DNA from: Candidatus Krumholzibacteriia bacterium
GTDB lineage: Bacteria > Krumholzibacteriota > Krumholzibacteriia > LZORAL124-64-63
Reading direction: 5' to 3'
NCBI GenBank assembly: GCA_014859985.1
Contig: JACZKN010000487.1
Location: forward strand, 1 to 36,349
Length of the DNA stretch: 36,349 nucleotides
A program made the position numbers and the translations under genes. The notes beneath the pieces were generated by a model that saw only the letters and a program-made list of their open reading frames with translations, did no database searches and was not told where the DNA came from. Positions 10,618 to 18,679 of the stretch are shown here, one piece after another; the first letter of the stretch is position 1, and each line of letters starts with the position of its first letter.

Positions 10618-11526
10618 ATGCTCGCCTTGCTGATGGTGGCTGCGCTGGCGGCCGGAGCGGCCCAGGACCTCGAGATCGCGCCCGACGAGCACCTGAACGT
10701 CCGCGACCACGGCGCAGGCCGAACGATCGTGCTGGTACCGGGCCTGACCGGCTGCGCCTACGGATTCCGGCACCTGATCCCGGGCCTCACGGCGGCGGGC
10801 TGCCGCGTGATCGTCATCGAGCCGCTGGGCATCGGCGCCTCGGCCCGCCCCGCCGGCGCCGACTACAGCCTGACCGCCCAGGCCGACCGCATTGGCGCGG
10901 CCATGGACCGATTGGGGGCCGGCCCTGGCCTCGTGGTCGGGCACGGGGTGTCCGGGTCGATGGTCCTGCGCCTGGCCTACCGCCGCCCCGACCTCGTGGC
11001 AGGCGTGGTGCTGATCGAAGGCGGGCCCGACGAGAACGGCACAACCCCGACGGTGAAGAGATCCCTCGGCCTGGCCTCCCTGGCGGCCAAACTGGGCGGA
11101 GGCCGGCTGCTGCGCGACCGCTTCCAGGCGGGGCTCGAGGAGGCGTCCGGCGATCGTTCCTGGATCGACGGCCTCACGGTGAAACGGTACTTCGCGGGTG
11201 CGGCTCGTGACCTGCACGGGACGATCGCCGCCCTGCGGGCCATGGCCGACGCCAGCGAGCCCGAGTCCCTGCGGGCGAATCTCGACCGCATCAGCTGCGG
11301 CGTCACGCTGCTGCTCGGAGCGGCCCCCCATGAGGGCTCGCCGCCGCCCGCGGACGTCGCACTGCTCGACGCGCAACTCGCCGACTTCCGCAGCCAATCC
11401 TTTGCCGGGGCCGGGCACTACCTCTTCGAGGAGGTCCCCGACGCCGTCACCGCGGCGATCCTGGCCGCCGCTCAACGCCCCCAGGTCGCCGGTCTGCCCG
11501 GGATCGCCCAAAGGAGCACCCCATGA
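10618..11526 (+). CDS. Alpha/beta-fold hydrolase with a signal-like N-terminus
   Basis: AAGGGGG lies upstream of the ATG. The product starts MLALLMVAALAAGAAQ. Family features: IVLVPGLTGCAYGFRHL, a nucleophile elbow region VVGHGVSGSMV, and a C-terminal GAGHYLFEE (catalytic His region). Confidence 0.8.
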   Translation: MLALLMVAALAAGAAQDLEIAPDEHLNVRDHGAGRTIVLVPGLTGCAYGFRHLIPGLTAAGCRVIVIEPLGIGASARPAGADYSLTAQADRIGAAMDRLGAGPGLVVGHGVSGSMVLRLAYRRPDLVAGVVLIEGGPDENGTTPTVKRSLGLASLAAKLGGGRLLRDRFQAGLEEASGDRSWIDGLTVKRYFAGAARDLHGTIAALRAMADASEPESLRANLDRISCGVTLLLGAAPHEGSPPPADVALLDAQLADFRSQSFAGAGHYLFEEVPDAVTAAILAAAQRPQVAGLPGIAQRSTP

Positions 11527-12503
11527 AATCGCTCGTGACCGGCGCCGCCGGCTTCGTCGGCAGCCATCTCGTGGAACAGTTGTTGGAGCGGGGCGACGAG
11601 GTCGTCGCCGTCGAGCGCGAGGGCGCATCGCGGGGCTGGCTGCGGGGCCTGGACGTCGATTTCCACGACTGCGGTTTGCACAGTCCCCAACGGCTGCGGT
11701 CGGCGATGCGCGGCGTGCGGGTGGTCTATCACCTGGCTGCCCTTACCGAGGCCCGACGGCCGAGGGACTGCTATGCCGTCAACACCGTCGGCACCGCCAA
11801 CGTGGTGCAGGCCGCGGCCGACAGCGCCGGGGCGCCGCCGCGGATCGTGTTCATGTCCTCGTTGGCCGCGGTCGGTCCAGCCCGCCCGGGCCAGCTGTTG
11901 GACGGCGATTCGATTCCCATGCCCCTGTCCCACTACGGGCGTTCCAAGCTGCAGGCCGAAGCGATCCTGCACGTCTACGCCGACCGTGTGCCTGCGGTCA
12001 TCTGCCGGTTCCCGGCCGTCTACGGACCGCGCGACCGTGCCGTCCTGAAGCTCTTCCAGATGGTGTCGCACGGCGTTGCCTTCACCGTAGGCCCCTGGCA
12101 CCGGAAGGTCAGCCTTGTCTACGTGATGGACGCCGTCGCCGGGCTCGTCAATGCCGGTGAATCGCCCCACGCCCCGGGGCGCACCTACTGCATCGCGCAC
12201 CCGACCCCGGCCACCTGGGGCGAGTTCGTGACCGCCGTGGCCCTGGTCCTGGACCGCAACCCCCGTCGGTTCGCCTTGTCGATGGGCGCGGCCCGCGCCG
12301 TCGCCGTGGCTGCCGAAGCCGTGGGCCTGATGCGCCGGCGCGCCGCGATCCTGAACCGCGACCGCGTGCGCGAACTGGCCCAGGCCAACTGGGTATGCGA
12401 CGTCGCGGCAGCCATGGGCGAACTCAGCTACGACCCGCGCTATCCGCTGCTCTCAGGTGTCGGTCGTACCGCCGACTGGCTCAGGAGGGAGCAATGGCTC
12501 TGA
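11523..12503 (+). CDS. NAD-dependent epimerase/dehydratase (extended SDR)
   Basis: ATGA start/stop overlap with the hydrolase gene. Motifs: MKSLVTGAAGFVGSHLV (GxxGxxG) and YGRSK (YxxxK catalytic pair). Confidence 0.88.
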   Translation: MKSLVTGAAGFVGSHLVEQLLERGDEVVAVEREGASRGWLRGLDVDFHDCGLHSPQRLRSAMRGVRVVYHLAALTEARRPRDCYAVNTVGTANVVQAAADSAGAPPRIVFMSSLAAVGPARPGQLLDGDSIPMPLSHYGRSKLQAEAILHVYADRVPAVICRFPAVYGPRDRAVLKLFQMVSHGVAFTVGPWHRKVSLVYVMDAVAGLVNAGESPHAPGRTYCIAHPTPATWGEFVTAVALVLDRNPRRFALSMGAARAVAVAAEAVGLMRRRAAILNRDRVRELAQANWVCDVAAAMGELSYDPRYPLLSGVGRTADWLRREQWL

Positions 12504-13369
12504 TCAACGACCACGCCGTGGTGTTGCGGCTGTTCGCCATCCACCGGGTGGCGGTGGCCGGCGTCTGCCTCGCCGCCCTGGCCACGCGGCCGCTCGCCGC
12601 GGCATCCCTCGTCACGGCCAACCTCGCTGCGGCACTGGTCCTTGCACGCCTCGCGCGCCCGTTGCCCGACGAACGGCGCTGCGCCTGGCGCCTGGTCCTG
12701 CCGTACGCTTTCTGGATCGCCTGCTGGATCGAGGTTGGCTGGTTGTACGGCCTGCTGGGCAGGATCCCGCATGATCCCGGCATCGCCGCGGCCGACCTGG
12801 CGGTCTTCGGCGTGCATTGGCATGTCCGCCTCGCGCAGATCCTGCCCGGCGCGGCGGCCGCCGAAGCGATGCACTTCGTCTACCTGTCGTACTACGCGCT
12901 GGTTCTGGCCCCGCCGCTGGTGCTGGCGTTGCGCGGCCGGCGCTCCGACTGCGCACGCTTCACGGCAATCGTGATGGGAACCTATCTCATGTGCTTCACC
13001 ATCTACGTGCTGCTGCCGGTGCAGGGACCGAGAACATTGCTGGGAGGGGCCGGCTCGCCCGAGGAAGGCGCCATGGCCGGCTACGCCGATCTGCTGCGCC
13101 GCACGGGGGATTCCGAAGGCACGGCCTTTCCCAGCTCCCACTGCGCGGGCGCCCTGGCTGCGGCCCTGGCTGCCGGCGCCGGCGCGACGCGAGGGTTGCG
13201 TCTGGCGCTTCTGCTATGGGCGGTGCTGATCGCCCTGTCGACCGTCTACACCGGCAATCACTACGCGCTCGACTCCTTCGCCGGCATCGTCGTGGCCGTC
13301 GTCGTGAGGATGGCGCTCGTGCGTGGTCCAGGGTACGCCGACCTGCGCATGGAAAGGAGCCCATCATGA
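12494..13369 (+). CDS. PAP2-superfamily (type 2 phosphatidic acid phosphatase-like) integral membrane protein
   Basis: AGGAGG lies 5 nt upstream. The gene overlaps the previous one by 10 nt and encodes multiple TM helices. PAP2 C2/C3-like motifs: FPSSHCAG and STVYTGNHYALDSFAG. Confidence 0.75.
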   Translation: MALINDHAVVLRLFAIHRVAVAGVCLAALATRPLAAASLVTANLAAALVLARLARPLPDERRCAWRLVLPYAFWIACWIEVGWLYGLLGRIPHDPGIAAADLAVFGVHWHVRLAQILPGAAAAEAMHFVYLSYYALVLAPPLVLALRGRRSDCARFTAIVMGTYLMCFTIYVLLPVQGPRTLLGGAGSPEEGAMAGYADLLRRTGDSEGTAFPSSHCAGALAAALAAGAGATRGLRLALLLWAVLIALSTVYTGNHYALDSFAGIVVAVVVRMALVRGPGYADLRMERSPS

Positions 13370-14373
13370 AGTTCTTCCTCGTCACCGGGGCGACCGGATT
13401 CATCGGCCGCCGACTGCTGCCGCGGCTGGTCGGCGACGACCGGGCCGTGCGGGTGATGGTGCGCGACCCGGTTGGGCTGCCGCTCCCGCTGGGTGGGCAG
13501 GTGGAGATCGTGCACGGTGGACTGGGTGATCCTGATGCGGCCGACCGCGCCATGCGCGGCGTGACCCACGTCCTGCATCTGGCCGCGCTGGCCACCGCCT
13601 GCGCCCGGGACGACACCCAGTACGATCGGCTGAACGCCGCTGCGGTGCAGGTGCTGCTGTCCGCGGCTGCGCGCCACCGCGTCACCCGTTTCGTCCATGT
13701 TTCGTCCATGGCGGCGCTGGCCCCCCTGGCCCCCACCCGTGCCGGCGGCGCCTCCCGGAGGTCGACGCCATACGCGCGGAGCAAGGTCGCCTCCGAGGAC
13801 CTCGTGCATCGCTACGTGGCCGCGGGCCACGACGCCGTGATCGTCCGCCCCACGCGCGTGTACGGACCCGGCCCGTGGAATGACGCCAACGGGACGACGC
13901 GCCTGATCGCCATGTACCTGAACGGCAATCTGCGCATCCGGTTGCGGGACGGCGACGTGCGCTCCAACTACGTCCACGTGGATGATGTGGCCCGGGGCAT
14001 CGAGTTGGCCGCACTTCACGGCCGCTGCGGAGCCGCCTACAACCTGGGCGGCGAGAACGCTTCCCTGCGCGGCTTTTTCGCCGCGGTAGCTGAGGTTTCC
14101 GCAGTTCGTCGGGTCATGGTGCCGATCGCACCGGGCGCCGTGTTGCCTGTGGCCGTCCTGGCCAAGGCCTGGTGCCGTCTCGGTGGCCGGACGAGCCTGA
14201 CGCCCGAATGGCTGGACTATTTCCTCGAGGACCGGCCGGTGGACAGCGACATGGCCCGCGAAGACCTGGGCTACGATCCGCTGCCGTTGCGCGACGGCCT
14301 GCGTCGAACCATCGCCTGGTTGCAGGACCAGGAGAAAGGACCCTGGCATGTGCCCGTCCTTCAGCACGCCTGA
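13366..14373 (+). CDS. Second NAD-dependent epimerase/dehydratase-family (SDR) protein
   Basis: AAGGAG lies upstream, with an ATGA overlap on the PAP2 stop. Motifs: MKFFLVTGATGFIGRRLL and YARSK (YxxxK). Confidence 0.88.
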   Translation: MKFFLVTGATGFIGRRLLPRLVGDDRAVRVMVRDPVGLPLPLGGQVEIVHGGLGDPDAADRAMRGVTHVLHLAALATACARDDTQYDRLNAAAVQVLLSAAARHRVTRFVHVSSMAALAPLAPTRAGGASRRSTPYARSKVASEDLVHRYVAAGHDAVIVRPTRVYGPGPWNDANGTTRLIAMYLNGNLRIRLRDGDVRSNYVHVDDVARGIELAALHGRCGAAYNLGGENASLRGFFAAVAEVSAVRRVMVPIAPGAVLPVAVLAKAWCRLGGRTSLTPEWLDYFLEDRPVDSDMAREDLGYDPLPLRDGLRRTIAWLQDQEKGPWHVPVLQHA

Positions 14374-15100
14374 GCGTCAGGTCCCGGGCCTGGACCGCTC
14401 GTCCGGACTCATCCTGGTCGCCGTCTTCACGCTGACGGTGTTCTACTACCGGCTGCGGACCGACACGATCGGCGTCACCGGCGGCGATGGGGGATTGAGC
14501 GCGATGACCGGGCCCGTGCTGTCGTTCATGCAGCACAATCTGGCCGCACTGGTCGTGCTCGGCCTGCTGCCGCTGGCAGCGGCGCGCTGGCTGTGCGGGC
14601 TTTCCCTGAGGGACGCGGGGCTGGGCCTTGGCCGTTGGCGACCGACGCTGATCTGGACGGCGATCGGGGTGCCGGTGGCCCTGCTGCTGGGCGGTCTTTC
14701 GGCCGCGGACCCGGTCATGCGGTCGGTGTACCCGCTGGAGGTCGGCCTGAAGCCGGCAATGCCCGGCTTCCTGGCGCACATGGCCGGGCAGCTCGCCTTC
14801 TACCTCGGCTGGGAACTGTTGTTTCGCGGCGTCCTGCTCGGCGGACTCACGCGCCGCTTCGGCTTCGCCGGCGCCAACACGATCCAGACCGCCCTGTCGG
14901 TGATCGCCCACTTCGGTCGGCCGCTGCCGGAGACGCTGGCGGCGATCCCGGCCGGTCTCGCCTTCGGCGGCGTGGCGCGGCGCACGGGGTCCATCTGGCC
15001 GGTGGTGATCATCCATCTCGCAGCCGGCGCGGCCCAGGACTGGTTCATTGTCGAGCTTTTCCCAATCCGCCCCGAGATTGTGATAATCTTGTCGCAATAG
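14348..15100 (+). CDS. CPBP-family (CAAX/Abi-type) intramembrane glutamic protease
   Basis: Overlaps the previous gene by 26 nt. Polytopic. Motif 1 is WELLFRGVL (the EExxxR-type motif, here ELLFR). Histidine motifs: SVIAHF and VVIIHLAAGAAQDW. Confidence 0.8.
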   Translation: MCPSFSTPERQVPGLDRSSGLILVAVFTLTVFYYRLRTDTIGVTGGDGGLSAMTGPVLSFMQHNLAALVVLGLLPLAAARWLCGLSLRDAGLGLGRWRPTLIWTAIGVPVALLLGGLSAADPVMRSVYPLEVGLKPAMPGFLAHMAGQLAFYLGWELLFRGVLLGGLTRRFGFAGANTIQTALSVIAHFGRPLPETLAAIPAGLAFGGVARRTGSIWPVVIIHLAAGAAQDWFIVELFPIRPEIVIILSQ

Positions 15101-15151
15101 AATGAACGGCATTCCGCCACACTATAGTCGGCCGGTTCGCCTCCGATCGAC

Positions 15152-17389
15152 ATGGGGTACCAAGCGATGGACAACGGCTCGAAACCTTCACATGCGAACT
15201 CCGGTCGCAGACGCGCCGTGGCCTTTTGCGCGGTCTTGGTTTGGGCGATGCAGGGCGGGACAGCCGGCGGGCAATGCATCCGCTACGAGGACTACCTGCA
15301 CGGCATCTGCACGGTGGACATACCTGGCGTCGCCCATGACATCGCCCTCGTCGGCGCCTATGCCTACATCGCAGCCGAGGATTTCGGTTTGCAGGTGATC
15401 GACATTGCCGCGCCAGGGAACCCGCGGATCGCCGGCAGCGTGGGCACGCCGGAGTGGGTCAGGGAAGTGGCCGTTGCGGGGGACCATGCCTTTGTCTGCT
15501 ACTCGAGCTACCCGTCGACAGGCGGGGTATATGTGGTCGATATCACGAGTCCATCAAGCCCGCAGATCGTCGGTAGCCTGGCCGTCACCGGGCCGGTTCT
15601 CGGCGTGGCCGCATCTGGCACCCATGTCTTCCTCGCGGCCGGCGATGGGCTCCAGGTTGTCGACGTGGGCGATCCTGGCAGCCCCCGCCTGGTGGGCGGT
15701 TTGGTGTGCGTGGGCGAAGCCCGGGATGTCGCGGTCTCCGGCGACTATGCCTATCTCATCGATCAGTATGGCCTTGAGGTCATCGATATCACTAGTCCGG
15801 CGAGCCCGATCAGCGTGGCCAGGACCGGCGAGCCCGCGGCCCCACGCCGTGTTGCGGTCGCGGGCGGCTTCGCCTACGTCACGGATGCCCATGGTCTCCA
15901 GGTGATCGACATCAGCGACGCCGGGAGCCCCCATCGCGTGGGAAGCGTGGTGACACCGGCCGGCGCAGGAACCGTGGTCGTTGCGGGCGGACGAGCCTAT
16001 GTGACAGGCAGTTCGTGCATCCAGATCATCGACGTCTCCATCCCCGAAAGTCCCACGTATCTGGACAGCGCCGACTCCTGGGCCGGCGTCAACGGCGTCG
16101 CGGTCTCCGGCACCCAAGCCTATGTGACGCTAACGGTTGAATGGATGGGCTCCGCAATCGGCCGCCTACAGGTCATTGATGTCGCCAGCGCCCAAAGTCC
16201 TCCCTTGGCGGGCCACGTAGCCACGCCGGGGTTTGCGCAGGATGTGGTCGTTTCCAACCATTACGCGTATATCGCCAACGGTTCTTCCGGCCTTCAGGTG
16301 GCTGATATCGCCGACGCCGCGAATCCCATGATCGTCGGCAGTGTTGCCACCGATGATTCCGCCATCGGTCTTGCGCTGGCCGAGCCCTATGCCTACGTCG
16401 CCGATGCCAACGGCGGGCTGAAGGCGATCGATATTGCGAATCCTTCGGCTCCCAGGATAGTGGCCTCGGGTGGTGCTCCATTCGCACAGGACGTTGCCGT
16501 CGCAGGCAGCATCGCCTACGTGGCCGGTGCCAACATACAGATGAGCGGCCTGCTCGTCCTCGATATCAGCGAACCGCTCGCTCCCCGACGCATCGGCAGC
16601 GTGGACACGCCGGGCGGCTACTGCGGCGTCGCGGTCTCGGGCAGCACCGTCTATCTGGCCGACGGGTACTTCGGGCTCCAGGTCATCGATGTCTCCAATC
16701 CCGGGAGTCCCGCGATCGTCGGGACGGTGGACACGCCCGGCAACGCCAGGGATGTCGCGTTCTCCGGCGGTTACGTGTTCCTGGCGGACGGTGAATCTGG
16801 CCTCCAGGTCGTGGATATCAAAGACGCACGGAACCCGGGAATCGTCGGCAGCCTGGCCACCTGGGACAACGCTGAAGGAATTGTCGTCAGCGGTGACATC
16901 GCCTATGTCGCGATTGACCGCGCCGGGCTGCAGGTGATTGACATTTCCGATCCCCGGAATCCCCGGGCCGTGGGAGACGCGGGAGTCGAGGGCTACTCCC
17001 TTGGGCTCGCCGTGTCCGGTGCAAACGTCTTTGTCGCGGCGAACGGCCTGCAGATCCTGCCGGGGCAATGCAGCGATTCCAGTTCCGAGGATCCGGAGAC
17101 CCCGGTTGCGGGCATCCGGTTGCTCGCCGTCTATCCGAATCCCTTCAACCCTGGCACGACGATAGCCTACGATGCCGTCGGCGGTACCCATGTCCGCCTG
17201 GCGATATTCGACATTGCCGGTCGACTGGTACGAGACCTGGTGGACGAACGACCGGCCGTGACTGGACGCTACGAATCGACCTGGAACGGCAGGGATTCAC
17301 GCGGCATGACGGCAGCGGCCGGCGTCTATTTCTGCCGCCTCACCGCCGGTCCCTACAGCGAGACAAGGAGAATGGTGCTGGTAAAGTGA
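15152..17389 (+). CDS. Secreted LVIVD-repeat beta-propeller protein with a C-terminal FlgD-Ig/T9SS-like sorting domain (paralog 1)
   Basis: About 14 tandem ~42-45 aa units of the form GLQVIDI(S/A)xPxxPxxVGxxxTPGxAxxVAVSGxYAYVA. C-terminal domain: VYPNPFNPGTTIAYD...LAIFDIAGRLVRDLV...WNGRDSRG...GVYFCRL...RMVLVK. A signal-like N-terminus (AVAFCAVLVWAMQG) is followed by GGQCIRYEDYLH. An alternative start is at 15167. Confidence 0.88.
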   Translation: MGYQAMDNGSKPSHANSGRRRAVAFCAVLVWAMQGGTAGGQCIRYEDYLHGICTVDIPGVAHDIALVGAYAYIAAEDFGLQVIDIAAPGNPRIAGSVGTPEWVREVAVAGDHAFVCYSSYPSTGGVYVVDITSPSSPQIVGSLAVTGPVLGVAASGTHVFLAAGDGLQVVDVGDPGSPRLVGGLVCVGEARDVAVSGDYAYLIDQYGLEVIDITSPASPISVARTGEPAAPRRVAVAGGFAYVTDAHGLQVIDISDAGSPHRVGSVVTPAGAGTVVVAGGRAYVTGSSCIQIIDVSIPESPTYLDSADSWAGVNGVAVSGTQAYVTLTVEWMGSAIGRLQVIDVASAQSPPLAGHVATPGFAQDVVVSNHYAYIANGSSGLQVADIADAANPMIVGSVATDDSAIGLALAEPYAYVADANGGLKAIDIANPSAPRIVASGGAPFAQDVAVAGSIAYVAGANIQMSGLLVLDISEPLAPRRIGSVDTPGGYCGVAVSGSTVYLADGYFGLQVIDVSNPGSPAIVGTVDTPGNARDVAFSGGYVFLADGESGLQVVDIKDARNPGIVGSLATWDNAEGIVVSGDIAYVAIDRAGLQVIDISDPRNPRAVGDAGVEGYSLGLAVSGANVFVAANGLQILPGQCSDSSSEDPETPVAGIRLLAVYPNPFNPGTTIAYDAVGGTHVRLAIFDIAGRLVRDLVDERPAVTGRYESTWNGRDSRGMTAAAGVYFCRLTAGPYSETRRMVLVK

Positions 17390-17404
17390 TCCTTGCGTAG
17401 CCAG

Positions 17405-17453
17405 CGGCGCGCCGACGCCGGACATGGGCAGCCCCCCACGTCCGGCGCGCCGG
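17405..17453. repeat. Paired GGCGCGCC palindrome element, copy 1; possible bidirectional hairpin between convergent genes
   Basis: cggcgcgccg (17405-17414) and ccggcgcgccgg (17442-17453) have centres exactly 38 bp apart. They can form a 10-bp GC stem with a 28-nt loop. The element lies between the stop at 17389 (+) and the stop at 17470 (-). The same architecture recurs at 29969-30018. Confidence 0.6.
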
Positions 17454-17469
17454 CGGCCTGCATCAACGC

Positions 17470-18018
17470 TCACGTTCGCCGCTCCGGCATCCGATCCTCA
17501 GGGCGTCCGCCCGCCTGCTCGGCACGTTCCTTGAGGCCGCCGGTCTCCTCCTGCCAACGCTGCTTCGCAGTCTGCTTCGCCTTATCGGCGACCTCGCCGG
17601 CGGCTTCGGCGGCGTCCTCGACCTTCCCCTTCACGTCCTTCTTGAGCGAGTCGGCCGCGCGGCCCATCGTCTTGTTCTCCCAGGGGGAGGCCGGGGCCGC
17701 GAGGCCGCTGGCGAGGCCCAGGCCGAGGGCGACCGCGCCGACCACCAGCGGTTGCTCCTCCATCGCCGACCAGAAGCCATTCTTGACCTGGCTGCCGCGT
17801 CGCCGCGCCTGCTCGCCGACCTTGTCCTTGCCGCGACCCATCAGACCGTGTCCGGAATCGCTGGCGTCGTCGCTCCAGTCCTTGGCGACCTCCGCAGCGC
17901 CGGACAGCTTGCCCTTGGCCTTGTCCATCATGGACGGGCCGTCGGCCTGCTTGTCGTCGTGGTCGGAGTCGGAATGGGTGGCCTTCTCGATGGCCAGCCA
18001 GGCCACGCCCAGTCCCAT
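17470..18018 (-). CDS. Hypothetical charged protein with one central TM helix (general-stress/DUF3618-like appearance)
   Basis: Frame of ORF-track entry 17470..18246, trimmed to the ATG at 18018 because everything upstream is xdhC-derived repeat read out of frame. The product is MGLGVAWLAIEKATHSDSDHDDKQ...EEQPLVVGAVALGLGLASGLAAPASPWE...KDVKGKVEDAAEAAGEVADKAKQTAKQ. The start is uncertain (alternative MMDKAKGK). Confidence 0.6.
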   Translation of the reverse strand: MGLGVAWLAIEKATHSDSDHDDKQADGPSMMDKAKGKLSGAAEVAKDWSDDASDSGHGLMGRGKDKVGEQARRRGSQVKNGFWSAMEEQPLVVGAVALGLGLASGLAAPASPWENKTMGRAADSLKKDVKGKVEDAAEAAGEVADKAKQTAKQRWQEETGGLKERAEQAGGRPEDRMPERRT

Positions 18019-18020
18019 CA

Positions 18021-18368
18021 GGCAGGGTCTCGTAGTCGGGGCCGGCCTGCAGGCACAGCCCGGACCGGCCGGCCAGGTACTCGGGGCGGCAGTCCACCAG
18101 CACGGGCACGATGCCCAGGGGCGGCAGCAGCGGCGCCAGCGCCTGGCCGATGTGCCCGGCGCCGAAGAGGTAGGCCCGCCGCGCGGGCGCCAGGCGTTCG
18201 TAGAAGAGGGTGACCTTGCCGCCGCAGAGCATATGCCTGTGGCCACGTCGTGGCTGCCGGGGCGGTCCTCGTCCAGAAGGTACTCGCGCAGGCTGGGCTC
18301 GCCGTCACCAGCACGGCCGTCCGGCCCTGGCGCTGCAGGTCGACGATGGTGGCGAAGATGTCGTCCAT
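18021..18368 (-). pseudogene. xdhC pseudogene fragment: N-terminal ~165 codons only, frameshifted and internally deleted
   Basis: Minus-strand pieces MDDIFATIVDLQRQGRTAVLVT (ORF 18018..18368) and MLCGGKVTLFYERLAPARRAYLFGAGHIGQALAPLLPPLGIVPVLVDCRPEYLAGRSGLCLQAGPDYETLP (ORF 17582..18232) lie in different frames. The C-terminal half of XdhC is missing. Confidence 0.85.
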
Positions 18369-18455
18369 GCCGTCACTCCGGCTCCGGCCGGATGCGCCGG
18401 GACCGCCGGCGGGGGCCGCCGGCGGCGCGGGTCCGGACGGGAGGGTTGATCGTCA

Positions 18456-18485
18456 ACTATAGTCAATCTGAAACGCCGCGGTCAA
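18456..18485 (-). promoter_or_regulatory. Duplicated copy of the xdhC promoter (TTGACC-N18-TATAGT, minus strand)
   Basis: Sequence identical to 797-826. It now points through the pseudogene toward the hypothetical gene at 17470..18018. Confidence 0.4.
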
Positions 18486-18594
18486 TGCAAGTCCATGGGT
18501 GATAACGAGAATCAGGGGGATGGGGTGGTGGGCCGGCGGCGACCGACGCAGCGGTCGTGGCGGGCCGATGTCCCCGGGCGGCCGGGTATCATTC

Positions 18595-18625
18595 TTGACC
18601 TGGCATGCGCAAAATATGGTATAGT
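18595..18625 (+). promoter_or_regulatory. Strong sigma-70-type promoter with an extended -10 (TTGACC-N19-TGgTATAGT)
   Basis: TTGACC at 18595-18600, TG at 18617-18618, TATAGT at 18620-18625, in an AT-rich island. It overlaps the ORF-track ATG at 18605. This argues that the true start of the downstream gene is 18680 (TAAGGAG 7 nt upstream) or 18728. Confidence 0.6.
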
Positions 18626-18679
18626 CAAGGAAACGAGCGTGTTCCGCTGCCGCAGCCCTTTCCCTTAAGGAGCGGGGAC

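Larger units (their letters stand above)
18021..18517. repeat. Direct repeat copy 2: decayed xdhC 5' fragment plus duplicated intergenic/promoter region
   Basis: See copy 1 (222-858). Scattered substitutions, gcatgcccgtgg changed to gcatatgcctgtgg (+2 nt), and an internal deletion of about 140 bp. Confidence 0.9.

Noticed and set aside
17152-17166. TGGCACGACGATAGC, a near-consensus sigma-54 -24/-12 look-alike
   Set aside because: It lies inside the C-terminal sorting domain coding sequence of LVIVD paralog 1 (it encodes PGTTIAY, a conserved protein motif). It has TAGC rather than TTGC, and no gene lies downstream in a sensible position.
18605-18679. ORF-track start ATG 18605 for LVIVD paralog 2
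   Set aside because: The ATG lies inside the spacer of the TTGACC-N19-TATAGT promoter. The encoded leader (MRKIWYSQGNERVPLPQPFPLRSGD) precedes a perfect AAGGAG-N7-ATG at 18680 and the true signal peptide.
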